From contig CM052816.1 in assembly GCA_028534125.1 (NCBI GenBank), positions 31,746,001-31,810,000 on the forward strand: 64,000 nucleotides of DNA, written 5' to 3'. Shown here piece after piece: positions 51,771 through 64,000 of the stretch (position 1 is its first letter; each line of letters starts with the position of its first letter). A program made the translations under genes and the position numbers. A model generated the notes under the pieces. The model did not search any database, had not been told where the DNA came from, and was given only the letters and a program-made list of their open reading frames with translations. Source of the stretch: Lama glama. Its lineage: Eukaryota.

Positions 51771-53601
51771 CCATTTTACAGACCAAGAAGACTGAAGCTC
51801 AGAAAGATCAAATCACCTGCTTCATTCACCCAATCTGTTAATGAACATGAGGCTGTAACACCTAAGTCTCATAAATCCCACTCCAGGGTTCCTATTTTCC
51901 TGAATCTTTCTGAATATGAAGTTGGTCAGGGCTAACCTTCAGGAATCCAACTGGAAGATCCCTGAAATCAGTTGATAAATGACCAATTTAGGAAACTCAA
52001 GGGCATTTCATATCTGCACTTTCTAACCCAGCTGCAGTAGCTGAATGGATCTTACCAGAAGAAAAAGAGGGAAAAAATAAATGTTTAATTGGAAGATGAG
52101 AAAAAGGAAAAAATAAAACAGAGAGGGAGCAATAACTTAAGAGTCACCCTGTGCTATGAAACAGATTGGCTATATTAGTGTGTGTCTTTAAAAATAGCAA
52201 CCTCATTAACAAATGCAGTAGCAATTTGCATTTTCAGATTTCAGGAACCTACTTGGTTTAATACAGTCTCCATCTCTTGCCCTCAAAGTTGGTTTTGCCA
52301 TCATCCTTTAAACTCTAGCTCACAAAAATTAAAGCTTGTAGACGCATTTTGGAAGCTGTAAAATCCTGTATGCACAGATCATTAACAGGCTTGTTTGCTT
52401 GATCTGCCTCTGCCTGTTCCTAAACCCTGACTGCTTTAAACCAGCTCATCAAGAATCAGCTCCCTTGATAGGTAGTTTAGCTAAAGGACAAAAAAAAAAA
52501 AAAAAACCCCACAAAACACCCAATCTCCTGCCATCTCCAAACATCTTATTCTGATTCTGCTCAAGCCCAAAGCTAAGGGTACAAAGTATGCTTTTCTTCT
52601 GACTCAAAAAAAAAAAAAAGGAAAAAAATGCTGAGTGTTTTACACAGAGAGGGCATTTAGTAAATGCTGGGATAATAAAGTCTGTCTTTAAAACAAAAAA
52701 TGACCATACACATTATTATTAGCAACTGACATTTGTTTAGAAAAAAAATAGGGCACTGCCAGTTGACAGCCATCTGTACTGGAATCACAGGAAGGAGGAG
52801 AAAGGAAGGCAAGAGAATTGAAGATCACTGACTGGTGACTGGTTTGCCAGGCTCCAAGGACCCAAGAGGAGCTGAGGCCCCAAATCCATTTGAGCCTCCA
52901 TCCACCACCCAATAAGCCCTTTGAGCCCTGGGGAAGACTGACATGCAGGGAGGCACAGAAGCTAGAGAGATGCTCCGTGACTGAAGTGGGGAAGGCACCC
53001 CATGGCAGAGGGTGGCCTAACAGCCTCTAACTGTAGATCAAAAGCTCAAAAAGAGAGATTGCCTTGTGCAAAACCCAACAAGTAATAACATAAAGCACCT
53101 GATTTTTGCAAATGAAACACAAGTATCTGTAAAACTAACAAAATATTTTTTAATACATAACATGGTAATTAGAAAATAATTCAGAAGACAATGCTCCTTA
53201 TCTCTTCCTTAACCCCTACACCATACACACCACCAAGCTTTAACTTGAGGTTTACAACTTCAATAAGGATTCTGGAGCTAATTTAAATTGCTCAAGGTTT
53301 TAGATCTTCAAAATATCTGGCTTCATAAATGCATGTTGTAGTTTGGATAATTAATACAACTATGAATGAAAATGGATGAAGGAAAATGCAAAATTTAACA
53401 CATATACAAAAGTCGTTAATTTCTTAAAGGTAGCAACCAGCCAAAGGAAAAAAAGTTGCTTGCACTCCTTACAGGTAAGTATAAAGATGTGACTTTGCAG
53501 TGGCGAGACTTCTTTATGTGTGCTGTATGAAATTTTCCATATTACTTTATGATCATGTATACTTCCACACCTTTCACATGAACAGCTTGAAAATCATCTT
53601 G

Positions 53602-55049
53602 CCCAGAAGTGAACCCACAAACTTTTGGTCAATTAATCTTTGACAGAGGAGACAAGAACATACAATGGAATAAAGACAGTCTCTTCAGCAAATTGGGAAA
53701 ACTGGACAGCAGCATGTAAATCAATGAAGTTAGAATACTCCCTCACACCACACACAAAAATAAACTCAAAATGGTTTAAAGACTTAAACATAAGACAAGA
53801 CACAATAAACCTCTTAGGAGAAAACACAGGCAAAACATTATCTCACATACATCTCAGCAATGCTCTAGGGCAGTCAACCAAGGCAATAGAAATAAAAGCA
53901 AAAATAAACAAATGGGACTTCACTAAACTTACAAGCTTTTGCACAGCAAAGGAAACCATAAGCAAAACAAAAAGACAACCTATGAAATGGGAGAAAATAT
54001 GTGCAAAAGATGAGACTGACAAGGGCTTGATTTCCAGAATATATAAGCAGCTCATACAACTTAATAAGAAAAAAACAAACAACTCAATCCAAAAACGGGC
54101 AGAAGACCTAAACAAGCAATTCTCCAGTAAAGACATATGAATGGCCAATAGGCACATGAAAAAATGCTCAATATCACTAATTATCAGAGAAATGCAAATC
54201 AAAACTACAATGAGATATCACCTCACACCAGTCAGAATGACCATCTTTCAAAAGTCCACAAATGATAAATGCTGGAGAGGGTGTGGAGAAAAGGGAACCG
54301 TCCTACACTGCTAGTGGGAATTCAATTTGGTGCAGCCATTGTGGAAAACAGTATGGAAATTCCTCAAAAGACTGAAAATAGTCTTACCATATGATCTAGC
54401 AATCCCATTCCTGGGCATACATCCAGAGGGAACCCTAATTCAAAAAGACACCTGCACCCCAATGTTCATAGCAGCACTATTTACAATAGCCAAGACATGG
54501 AAACAACCTAAATGTCCATCAACAGATGACTGGATAAAGAAGATGTGGTATATTTATACAATGGAATACTACTCAGCCATAAAAAATAATAAAGTGATGC
54601 CATTTGCAGCAACATGGATGGCCCTGGAGAATGTCATTCTAGGTGAAGTAAGCCAGAAAGAGAAAGAAATATACCATATGATATCATTCGTATGTGGAAT
54701 CTGAAAAAAAAAAAGACAAATGAACTTATAGATAAAATAGAAACAGACTCACAGACATAGAATACAGACTTGTGGTTGCCGGGGGGGGGGGGATAAACTG
54801 GGAGTTTGAAATTTGCCTGTACTGACTGGTATATATAAAATAGATATATAAGTTTCTACTGTATAGCACAGGGAAATATATTCAATATCTTGCAGTAGCT
54901 CACAGTGAAAAAGAGTATGAAAATGAATATATGTATAATCATATAAGACTGAAGAATTTCACTATACACCAGAAATTGACACAACACTTTAAACTGACTA
55001 TACCTCAATAAAAAAAAAAGGAATTTAAATTCAAAAAAAAAGAAAGAAA
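53602..55049 (+). mobile_element. 5'-truncated young L1 (ORF2 C-terminal part, 3' UTR, poly(A))
   Basis: ORFs 53640-54140 and 54327-54704 translate to L1 ORF2 ([53 protein letters not shown]); in-frame stops at 54138-54140 and 54312-54314; TSD GAAAATCATCTTG (53589-53601) / GAAAATCACCTTG (55050-55062), preceded by TT. Confidence 0.97.
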
Positions 55050-55272
55050 GAAAATCACCTTGTAGAGTTTTGTTCCTTTAAATATCTAAGTAATGCACAC
55101 AATTCCTCATTATATAAACATTGTTTTTTTGTGTGTAGATGCCATTAGGCTCTGTTCTTAGGTCCTTCATTTCAGTCATTTCACTGCTTTCAAAAACTCC
55201 AACAAAAAGCAGATTTCAGAAAAAAACAGATCCAATTTATGTAAAAAATTAAGGGAAATAAAAGCTATGTAT

Positions 55273-55736
55273 TACTAAACCATAAAAAAGAATGAAATAA
55301 TGCCATTTGCAGCAACATGTATGGACCTAAAGATTATGATACTAAGTCAGACTGAGAAGTACAAATATCATATTATATCACTTATATGTGGAATCTAAAA
55401 AAAAATTATACAAATGAACTTATTTATGAAAAAAACCAGACTCACAGACATAGAAAACAAATTTACGGTTACCAAAGGGGGAAGGGGGAAAGGATAAATT
55501 AGGAGTTTGGGATTAGCAGATACACAGCACTATATATACAACAGATAAACAAGGTCCTACTGTACAGCACAGGGAACCATATTCAATATCTTGTAGTAAC
55601 TTACAATGGAAAAGAATCTGAAAAAGAACATATATATGAATAACTGAGTCACTTTTCTGTACACCTAAAACTAACACAACATTGTAAATCAACTATACTT
55701 CAATTTAAAAAATTAAATTATGTGTACAAGCTTTAA
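55273..55736 (+). mobile_element. 5'-truncated cetartiodactyl-type L1 3' end, inserted into an older L1ME-like tail (about 55200-55950)
   Basis: CATAAAAAAGAATGAAATAATGCCATTTGCAGCAACATG...CTAACACAACATTGTAAATCAACTATACTTCAAT; probable TSD AAAAGCTATGTAT (55260-55272) / AAAAGCTATATAT (55737-55749). Confidence 0.9.
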
Positions 55737-56794
55737 AAAAGCTATATATATATATATTTACACATATGTATGCAAATAGATGAGAACCATCTGGAACCTT
55801 ACCAGTGGACTCCTCTGTTAAAAGAAGTGGGATGATAAGAAAGGAGAGATGCTTTTCATTTTAACTCTATGCACTTCAGCCACTGCTCAAATTTTTCATG
55901 AAGTAAAAATGTATCTATGTATTACTTATAAAAAATGATCTAAAATAAAACTTAAATTCCAATTATAAAACAAAGTTTCAGTCTACATTGCAAAATCTAG
56001 ATGCTTCATTGTACTCCCCGAAGAGTGGAACCTCCCAGAAAACCCCCCCTTTTTTTTTTCATATAGGGATACCATTTGTGTCAAAGGGAAGAATCTGAAA
56101 AGAGTCTTTCTAAATAAATGCTTGGAAAAGTTCAGTGGCCATAAACATTGGCTCCTTTTGTCACCTGTACTTCCCTGCACCAAGAAAGGACTATTACCCA
56201 TCTGAAGTACTTTCCACTCATCTCCTCTTTTTACACAGTAGAGATGCTCTACAATCAATTCCAATCAAGTTTGTTCCGTATCCTTTTGGATTCTTTCAAA
56301 GAATGTTCTTTTTCAAAGCCAATATCTTCGTGCTATTAACCTTTGAACATCCCTTTGCCAGAGCTGCACATCAGATGGAATCCTGATCACTCACCCCTCA
56401 ACCTATCACTTCTCTCTTAGTGCTTTGCTTGGCTCCTTCCCAAGCTTTTCAAGCAGCTAGCCTGCAGTCAAATGCCGGCAGGTCTACACAAACTGTTCCA
56501 AGAAAACAAGCCTTTAAAAGCATTTCCGTGTTTGATCAGGAAATCCACTTATTCCTCTCCTCCGAGGACAAATCAAATTGAAAAATCCTGTAGGCCAACA
56601 CCTAATTCTATTCAGCTAGGATTCATTGAGTCTTGCAATGTTTAAGACACCCCAGTAGCTACTGTGCAGTTACTATAAGATAACGTTTCTGTCCTGAAGC
56701 AGTTTAGAATCTAGCAAAACCAAATCATCAGCCTTCAATCCCACGGTTTAACATCTATTATAACGTAAGCACTCTTGGACTCTTTGGAGATTTT

Positions 56795-57072
56795 TTTACC
56801 TTTTTTTTTTGTTTGTTTATTCTGGCAAAACACACCTATCATAAAATTTACCATTTTAACTATTTTTAAATGTGCAATTCAGTGGCATTAAGTACATTCA
56901 CAATGCTGTGCAACTATCACCACTACCTATTTCCAGAACTTTTTCATCTTCCCAAACAGAAAACTTTTTACTCATTAAACACTAACTTTCCAATCCCCTC
57001 TCCCCTCCGCTTTCTATCTGTATAAATTGTCTGCTTTAGGTATCTCAAATGCGTGGAATCATCCATATTTGT
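56795..57072 (-). mobile_element. L1MB-like 3' end
   Basis: Poly-T then CATAAAATTTACCATTTTAAC...CAATTCAGTGGCATTAAGTACATTCACAATGCTGTGCAACTATCACCACTA. Confidence 0.9.
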
Positions 57073-57438
57073 GAGAGTAGGCAAGGTCATGCTGTGATAA
57101 CAAATTAGCTCCAAAGTCCACATGCTTGTTTATTTCTCACTCAGCACTACCTGCCCCTCATGGGTTGGAAGACCTCAGTTCCATGTGGTCACTCAGGAAT
57201 CCAGGATGCTAGAGTCTCAGCATCTTGTAACTGCTCCATGTGGAGTATGTGTCTTGGCAACAATGGTACTAGAAACCTGTGCACAGACTTTTCCCTACCT
57301 TAACGAGGAAGAGATTCACTCACTGCCTTGCATGCTGCATTGGCCAAAACTCCTCACTGAATCTCATCCCGTTCCAAGGGGGCTGGGAGAAGTAAGGAAA
57401 AAATGTGGTATCTGGTGAGCTTTCGAGTCTGTGCCCCA
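57073..57438 (-). mobile_element. MaLR LTR (MLT1I/J-like)
   Basis: ATGCTGTGATAACAAAT...GTTTATTTCTCACTCA...GTCACTCAGGAATCCAGG...CATTGGCCAAAAC...CAAGGGGGCTGGGAGAAG. Confidence 0.7.
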
Positions 57439-59250
57439 TTAGCCTGACAAGACTTATGTCAGTGTTAGTTTGGAATGTGTGATAGTGGTCAGCTGACAGA
57501 AGTGATTTTGAAAAGGGAAATGATAAATTTAATACAAATTCAGTTCAGTGTTTTTGTGAACAGTTTGAAAATCACTTAAAAAGCAACTATACATTGTATA
57601 GTTCTCAACTATACCCTGAGAACAAATTTTAAAAATAACTTTCTTAATGTTATACAAATGAGTACTTATGACCTGAGATAAAGTGTCCACTGACAGCATT
57701 GTACATGGATTCAGAAAGATGGTATCTTCAATATTTAAGGCAGAAGTGAAAGTGTACTCTGGAGAACTATAAACCTAGAAAAAAGCAACATTTCTGCATT
57801 CATCTCATTTATGTGTATTTTTAAATTTATAGTATAGTATTAGCAATTAATAATTAAATATCATAACTATAGAGTTGACATTTTATCAACAGTCCCAAAG
57901 CTCATATACTCAATTTAGCCTTAAAAACCTTTTAAAATTCTCATAACTTAAATGGTAGATATTGCTTTAAATTTGTGCTCGTAGAGTTTATAAAATGAAT
58001 GAAAGAGACTACAAAAGAGGTTTCTCATAAATTGAATGATGATAGCAGCAATGTATATTTAAGGATGCTAGACTAGCAGTTGCCTAAACTCACCTCAAGA
58101 AAGAAGTAGTTAGGAGTTTATATTCTGAACCACAAAACCTAGTATTGAATGTACACTGCCTCGAATTATTGGCCCCTGTCTCAGCTCAGATCGCTAAATC
58201 TGGCCTCCTCAAATGGCTGTAAATGGGCAGGGTCAGGTTTGATGTCATTCACTCGTCTTTTTCTCTCAGCAGCTCCAGCACTAGCACTGACCTGGGTGCA
58301 GAGGAAGCTACATTCTACAATACCTCTGAGTATTTGCAGTGGTTCCTACTGACACTTAGACAAAAGCAACAACCTTGGCCATGTCAGATCATGAATGAAT
58401 GTCTAAGTAGGTGGTCAAACTGAATGCCAAGTAATGTGAAGATGCCAGAGTGGGGCAAGTTTTTTTTTTCCTCATTATCCATCTCTTCCATCTTCACAAC
58501 TCACGTTTATCTTAACATATTTCATTTGTTTCACATACTCACTCTCTCGAGTAATTTTTCTTAAAAAGCTAAAAGGAAGAATGAAATGAATATTTTCAGT
58601 AATGACTCAGCAAGTTTTTGGCTTTTTGATTGTGAGAAAATCTCCCAGTCTTGAAGTATGCTTTAAAGTCAAAATAAAACCATTTGATTTCTGTGACTAA
58701 GATAAATCACATCCAGTGCAAGTCATTCTGTTAATGTTTTCATTTATCAATACTTTGATATTTTTAAATATCTCAATATAATGAGATACATTTCTTCAGA
58801 AAATGTAAGATTTAAGACAGTCTCCAAAAGAGACAGACAGAGAATGCTGCTTAATAAGTACCACATATACTAAATACTGCTATAAACTCCACTCAGTCGT
58901 CTACAGGTGTGCCCCCTTATTTACCTAAGGAAGGTAAAAAAAAACTAACTCCATTAAAATTGTGGTCATTAGGAAAGCACATGGGAAAATGCACTACCAC
59001 ACAATTCTCTCTGCCGGAATATGTTCCCACAACTCCAATACTAGTTTTTAAAAAGCAAAGAAGGAAATTAGTCCTTCCAGAGAAATTTATTGGTCCCATA
59101 TATTGCCAAGGATGAGAGCCCAAGAGTAAAAAGAATTTGGTACTGTGATGGGACACACCTAGGCCTTAACTCCAATTATATTACTTACTAAACATGCAAC
59201 TCTGTACAAATGAATCTCTCTGAGCTTCATTTTCATCTGAAACCTAGTAA

Positions 59251-59445
59251 CAAGGTTCCTAGATAACATATAGGACACTTAGATAAATTTGAAATTCAGT
59301 TAAGCAATGACTAATTTTTAGTATAAATATGTCCCATGCACTGCTAGCAAAGGGCATTTAAAAATGCAACATCATACAATTGTTTACACGACATGTATAT
59401 TTAACTGGGTGTCTTCTATTCTTATTTGCTATTTCTGGCAACCCT
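59251..59445. mobile_element. MER53 palindromic hAT MITE, inserted in a MIR (about 59140-59250 and 59446-59500)
   Basis: AGGACACTTAGATAAATTTGAAATTCAG...TTTTTAGTATAAATATGTCCCATGCA...TTTAACTGGGTGTC...TTATTTGCTATTTCTGGCAACCCTA matches the recalled MER53 consensus. Confidence 0.8.
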
Positions 59446-59529
59446 AGAAAGAAATAATAAGCATTACTCGTAGCATTTAGATGAGAATTCAAAAAGTTTA
59501 TTTTCTCGGGACCATACTAATTAGCTCTT

Positions 59530-59700
59530 CAACCATGTTAAATTTCATTTGACATTGACACCAGTCCAGTGAAGGATATAAAGTTATTATCTTCATTTTT
59601 CAGTTTAGCAAAAAGACTGAAATTCAGGAAGGTGCCCAAACTTACACAGTTGTAATGGCAGAGCCAGGATTCAAGACAGAGCTGTTTGACACCAAAACTG
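59530..59700 (-). mobile_element. MIR SINE
   Basis: TTATTATCTTCATTTT...GTGCCCAAACTTACACAGTTGTAATGGCAGAGCCAGGATTCAA. Confidence 0.75.
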
Positions 59701-59719
59701 GGAAACTAAACTTCAATGC

Positions 59720-59904
59720 CAGCTGGTTCTGAAACTTGACCATGCACTAGAACCATCAGGAGAGCCTGGTAAAACACAGATTATTGGGCCCAGACACTGA
59801 GTTTCTGATGCAGTAACTCTGATGGGGCTTACTAATCTAGCCTCCACACATTCCCAGGTGCCACTGGTACTGCTGGTTGAAAGACTATACTTTGAGAACC
59901 ATAG
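59720..59904. mobile_element. MER5A DNA transposon
   Basis: GGTTCTGAAACTTGA...GGTAAAACACAGATTATTGGGCCC...GAGTTTCTGAT...TTCCCAGGTG...ACTTTGAGAACCA. Confidence 0.85.
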
Positions 59905-62342
59905 CTTTGGCTGTAGTGCTGAGTGGCAACAACAGTGCTTGTCCCTATAAATGAAATCAATATGCAATCCCTCATCATGAGCCACCAAAGAGATCCACTG
60001 CCCAGTTATCACCTACTGGTTCTTTGAAAAGTGTTATGAAGCAGAAGGTAGTATGTGACGCCATAAGCAGTATTCCAAAAGCCTGCATCTTTTCAAGGTC
60101 ATGAATGTCTTTCCATCTTCCTCCTCTGACACTAAAGCCTCTGGGGAATTTCTCCCTCCTGTTGCCCTGAAACATCACCCCACACAGATAAGCAGCAACT
60201 GGAACACACACCATTTTAAAGTAATCAGAACACAAATTTATTTAATCTTTCTCCTTGTCCTCAGAAAATAAATTCAGTGGGGAAAGTTTTTCTCCAGCCT
60301 CTGGACAAACCCATGACTTTTCTCATCTTTTACATGACAGTTCTAAGGTCACTGTAAACTACACACAATCACACTTAAATTAGGCCATGCAGCCCACCAC
60401 GTTAATCAATATTATAATTTAATACCCCTTCTTCTCCCCCAGCCCCCACCTGGACTGGCTGCAGGTTGGCTGGCAGCCACTGTGAGTAGCTGTGGAAGAC
60501 AAAGCAGGGAAACAAAGTCTCCGACCCAAGGGCTCCCAACAGAGCTGGTGGAAGGTCGCAGGGAAGTCTCACTTGAGCTGGTTCTGTCTAAGTGAGCCTT
60601 TGCTCTCTGGATGTGACAGATACTCAGACCAACTCTTTCTCATGCTGATGGAGCACCTCAGTGGACTCCATGAAAATCCCATCATGAGAACCTCTCTCCT
60701 ACAAATCACACCATTCCAGCTTTTCCACACCCTTGTGACTTCCTCCCTAGCCCCTAGTAATTTGGTGGCCCCTCATCTGGCTTGCTGCTTTGGTCTCTCT
60801 GCCCTTCTAGGCAGCCTATTAAAAACTCAAGCTAGCCCTCCCCTCCACATGGCCCATGTCTGGTCCACGGGACACACTTAGACATCCTTTGCCCTGACAA
60901 CTTGGAGACAGCAGGCTGATCCCAAGGCAGCGATGAGCGACCCTGCTTTCCCCATCTGGATTTCACAGGCTGGAGTCAAACCTCATCTAGAGTAGTTCCT
61001 AAATGCAGTACCCAGCACATCACCATTTCTCTGCACGCACCTGTGGAGGCCACCCTCACAGGACTGTGTGCAAAAAGGAACATTCACAGCAAGAGCTCTC
61101 TCCAAAGAAACCTTCATACAAACCCTCCCTCTTCTACCCTCTCAACCCATGATGTAGGCGAGGCAGCCCAGAGTCATGGAGCTGCTTTATAACATCTCCT
61201 TTGAAAATCTGCTCTAAGGTGACTTGGCGCCACACTTTGGGATTTTACATTTACTTTACCCTGGTGCTTAGAGAAAACTTCTGTTTTGACATAGTTACAC
61301 AAAGACTGGGCGAGGCTGGCTGAGCCTCCAGTCAGAGAGCCAGGACTTGGTCCCCTGAAGATGAGAGGTCCTACACAAAGGATGCTAAAGCAGAATGAAT
61401 AGAAGAGGTAAACGCTTTGAAAGGGCCCATGTCAGAAAGCATAGACACTGAGCCATGTGCAAAGGCAAGAATGCCATCATGAACATGTGGACAGAATTAA
61501 AACTCAGAATCTGGCCCCAAAATAAATTGGAACAAGAAAAACTCAGGAATCAATAAGATCTGAGACAATTTTAGCTCAAATCATTAGGGATTCTAGTACT
61601 TAAAGGAGGTAGAAAACTTGCGCTGGAGACCCTTGACTATTTTTCTCTATTTAATTTCCTAAACCAGGTTAGTTCTCTGCTTCAGGCAGATGCAACCAAA
61701 TTCTCTAGAAACCGCAAGAAACCCTCAGAGATTTCTACAGGCTAAACAAGAGATAAAGGATAGACTCCCAGCACTTCCCATTCCCCCACAACAGGAGAGC
61801 AGCAATCCCAACCCAAGAAGCTGCTAGCCTGAAGGTCTGAGTCTCATGATAGCCAACCTACTTGGAAAGACTAAGTTTATACCCTCATAATCATTTCTTG
61901 CCCATTGCTACACCAATACTGGCTATTTCTGCTCACTAACACATACCAAAGGGCATCACCTGAATGTTCAATCCCACCAGCAACCAGAACCAATGAGAGC
62001 CCAGTTCAGCATGAAGCTAATTCCTAATAGTGGTGAGGAAATGGAAATTGTCTGCTACACCCACACCCAGCCAGTAACTGCCACTCGGCATGTCCAGTGG
62101 GCCTGACTGAACTTCTGGACCACCAGACAGGTGATTCCCAGGAGCATAAGGTCACATAGGATGTCTTTTTGGTACCTAGGGCCACTATGATTTTCCTGCT
62201 TTTCATGAAGTCAAAGCAGGTGACTTGTGACAAACTTTGCAAACAGCAACTCCACAGCTCATGGCAAATCACACAGCATTATCATTAATTCCTATCTTAC
62301 AAAACAGGGCCTCGCCTTCATCTTTCCTGATTTCTTCTTTGC

Positions 62343-62460
62343 TCTATCTATCTATCTACCTATCTACCTACCTACCTACCTATCTATAATTCATCCATCC
62401 ATCCACCCACTCACCCATCTACCTACCTATACATCTACCTATCTTCCTGTTTACCTATCT
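62343..62460. repeat. Compound tetranucleotide microsatellite (TCTA/CCTA/CCAT)
   Basis: TCTATCTATCTATCTACCTATCTACCTACCTACCTACC...CATCCATCCATCC visible directly. Confidence 0.9.
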
Positions 62461-62467
62461 TCCTTTC

Positions 62468-62888
62468 TGTATTAACTTGCCAGGGATGCTCTAACAAAAT
62501 ACCACAAACTAAGTGGCTTAGAACAACAGAAATATATTTTCTCACCATTCCAGAGGCTAGAAGTATGAAATCTCTGAGGGCTGTGAAAGGGAATCTGGCC
62601 ATGTCTCTCCCCCAGCTTCAGGTGGTTGGGTGACAATCTTTGGCATCTCTGCCTACGGATGCATCACTTTGATCTCTGATTTTATCTTCACATGACACTC
62701 TCCTTGTATGTGTCTGTCTCTGTGTCCAAATTTTTCCTTTTCATAAGGACATTGGTTTAGGGCCCATGCTACTGAGCTAAACTTGATCATCTGTGAAGGC
62801 CCTATTTCCAAATAAGGTCACATCCACAGGTACTAGGGGTTAAGACTTCAGCATCTTTTTTTGAGGGGACACAGTTCAATTCATGACA
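62468..62888 (-). mobile_element. MLT1 (B/C-like) solo LTR, both ends present
   Basis: TGTATT...TAACAAAATACCACAAACTAAGTGGCTTAGAACAACAGAAAT...CCTATTTCCAAATAAGGTCACAT...GGGGACACAGTTCAATTCATGACA; 5-bp TSD-like CTTTC / CTCTC. Confidence 0.9.
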
Positions 62889-63721
62889 CTCTCTGTCTAT
62901 ACAACGCATGCTTCACCAACTTTTCTTATAGAGTCACATATTAACAAGTTTAAGAGAAACCATAGCCTCTTGGCTCCACTCATTCCCATATTCAAGAGGC
63001 AAATGAAGTCAGCAATAACAGTGAATGTTACCATAATATAGAGTTTAGGGAAATTATTTGGAAATTTACATTAGCAATAGGATTGTGGGTGATTTATGTC
63101 TGAATTACATGATATTCATATTTAACTATCTAGTTTTTAACAAGTTATTGCATTAACCAATAAATCCACAAAAATTTTAAGTGATGTACAAAGATAAACT
63201 TACAATCATTTACAACTAAAAAACCAGAACAACAGTGATGGGAAAAAGGGAACCATTCAAGACAACACTGGTGACTGATAGGTGCCTTCGTTTTAAAAAG
63301 AGTCCCTCCTGAAAAACAAAAGAAATTCAACTATTTGCATTTGCATATGTGCAATAGGAAATTTGCAATTGTGCTAAACATTATAGGATCCAATTTTCTT
63401 AAAGAATACTGAAATAGTATTCCAAGTCAACTTGAGGAACATCAGATCCAGTTTTTGCAGACACCAAGGTGGCCATCCATATCAGAGTCACATGATAAAT
63501 AGCACCCTATGGAAATATGCATGGACCATATTATGATGCCATATAGAATAGCCTTGAGAAACATGCCAATTTAAGTTATTAAAAAGATTAATACTCAGTA
63601 ATAAAACTTAGTTTCTAATGACTAGCTCCTAATTGGTTTTTAAAATGAAAGCCTATGGAATTGATAGTTTACTTGAAAGAAAGAAATACCTGCTTATTTA
63701 AATTAGTTCACAGCCACTGTA

Positions 63722-63930
63722 CTGTGGACCACTGACTGAGCCCACTATTTAATCTGTGAGATTAGACCCTCTTCTTCCCACGAATGGCTACCCTCTTCAA
63801 CCATGTGACTACTGCAGGAACAGCCAATTCATACAATATAACACAGATCATAACTCCTGGCCACCTGTGATAGGTCCAGGTCTGTGTATTTGAACCAAGT
63901 TGGACCAGTGAGTCATTTCCAGAAGATATA
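63722..63930 (+). mobile_element. Old MaLR LTR (MLT1K/L-like) 5' fragment
   Basis: CTCCTGGCCACCTGTGATAGGTCCAGG...GAACCAAGTTGGACCAGTGAG resembles MLT1K/L internal motifs. Confidence 0.5.
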
Positions 63931-64000
63931 AGGGAAATAAAATGGAAGAAAACATAAAAATTGCGACATTTATTGCATGCTTAGTCCATTTCAGTAACTG

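Noticed and set aside
53640..54704. 166-aa and 125-aa ORFs as a host gene
   Set aside because: They are pieces of L1 ORF2 broken by stops in a 5'-truncated element with no promoter.
1..64000. Prokaryote-style systems (CRISPR arrays, operons, defence islands) or a novel multi-gene system
   Set aside because: The sequence is mammalian repeat-rich non-coding DNA; I saw no repeat-spacer arrays, no long intact ORFs and no mitochondrial or non-retroviral viral insert.

Overview
Mammalian genomic DNA, AT-rich and CpG-depleted, with no host protein-coding exon or structural RNA gene that I can support; it reads as intergenic or deep intronic. The tRNA-derived SINE copies and cetartiodactyl-type L1 3' ends, with no BovB/Bov-tA, PRE-1 or CHR-type SINEs seen, suggest a camelid (inference from recalled repeat consensus sequences). 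The window is largely layered transposon fossils: MIR, L2, L3/CR1, old L1M, MaLR/ERVL/ERV1 LTRs and hAT elements (Charlie, MER5A, MER20, MER53), plus younger L1s and SINEs with target-site duplications (TSDs). The only recognisable protein sequences are decayed L1 ORF2 and a decayed Charlie transposase. The best observations are: (1) an L1 3' transduction at 42922-43368 carrying older foreign DNA; (2) an apparently full-length, young L1 whose body lies in a 500-N gap, with an 18-bp perfect TSD inside an MLT1 LTR; (3) a tail-less internal L1 ORF2 fragment between direct repeats at 47223-47329; (4) a small CpG-rich patch and several candidate regulatory motifs. I found no convincing previously undescribed biological system. 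Repeat family names are from memory and boundaries of old repeats are approximate.
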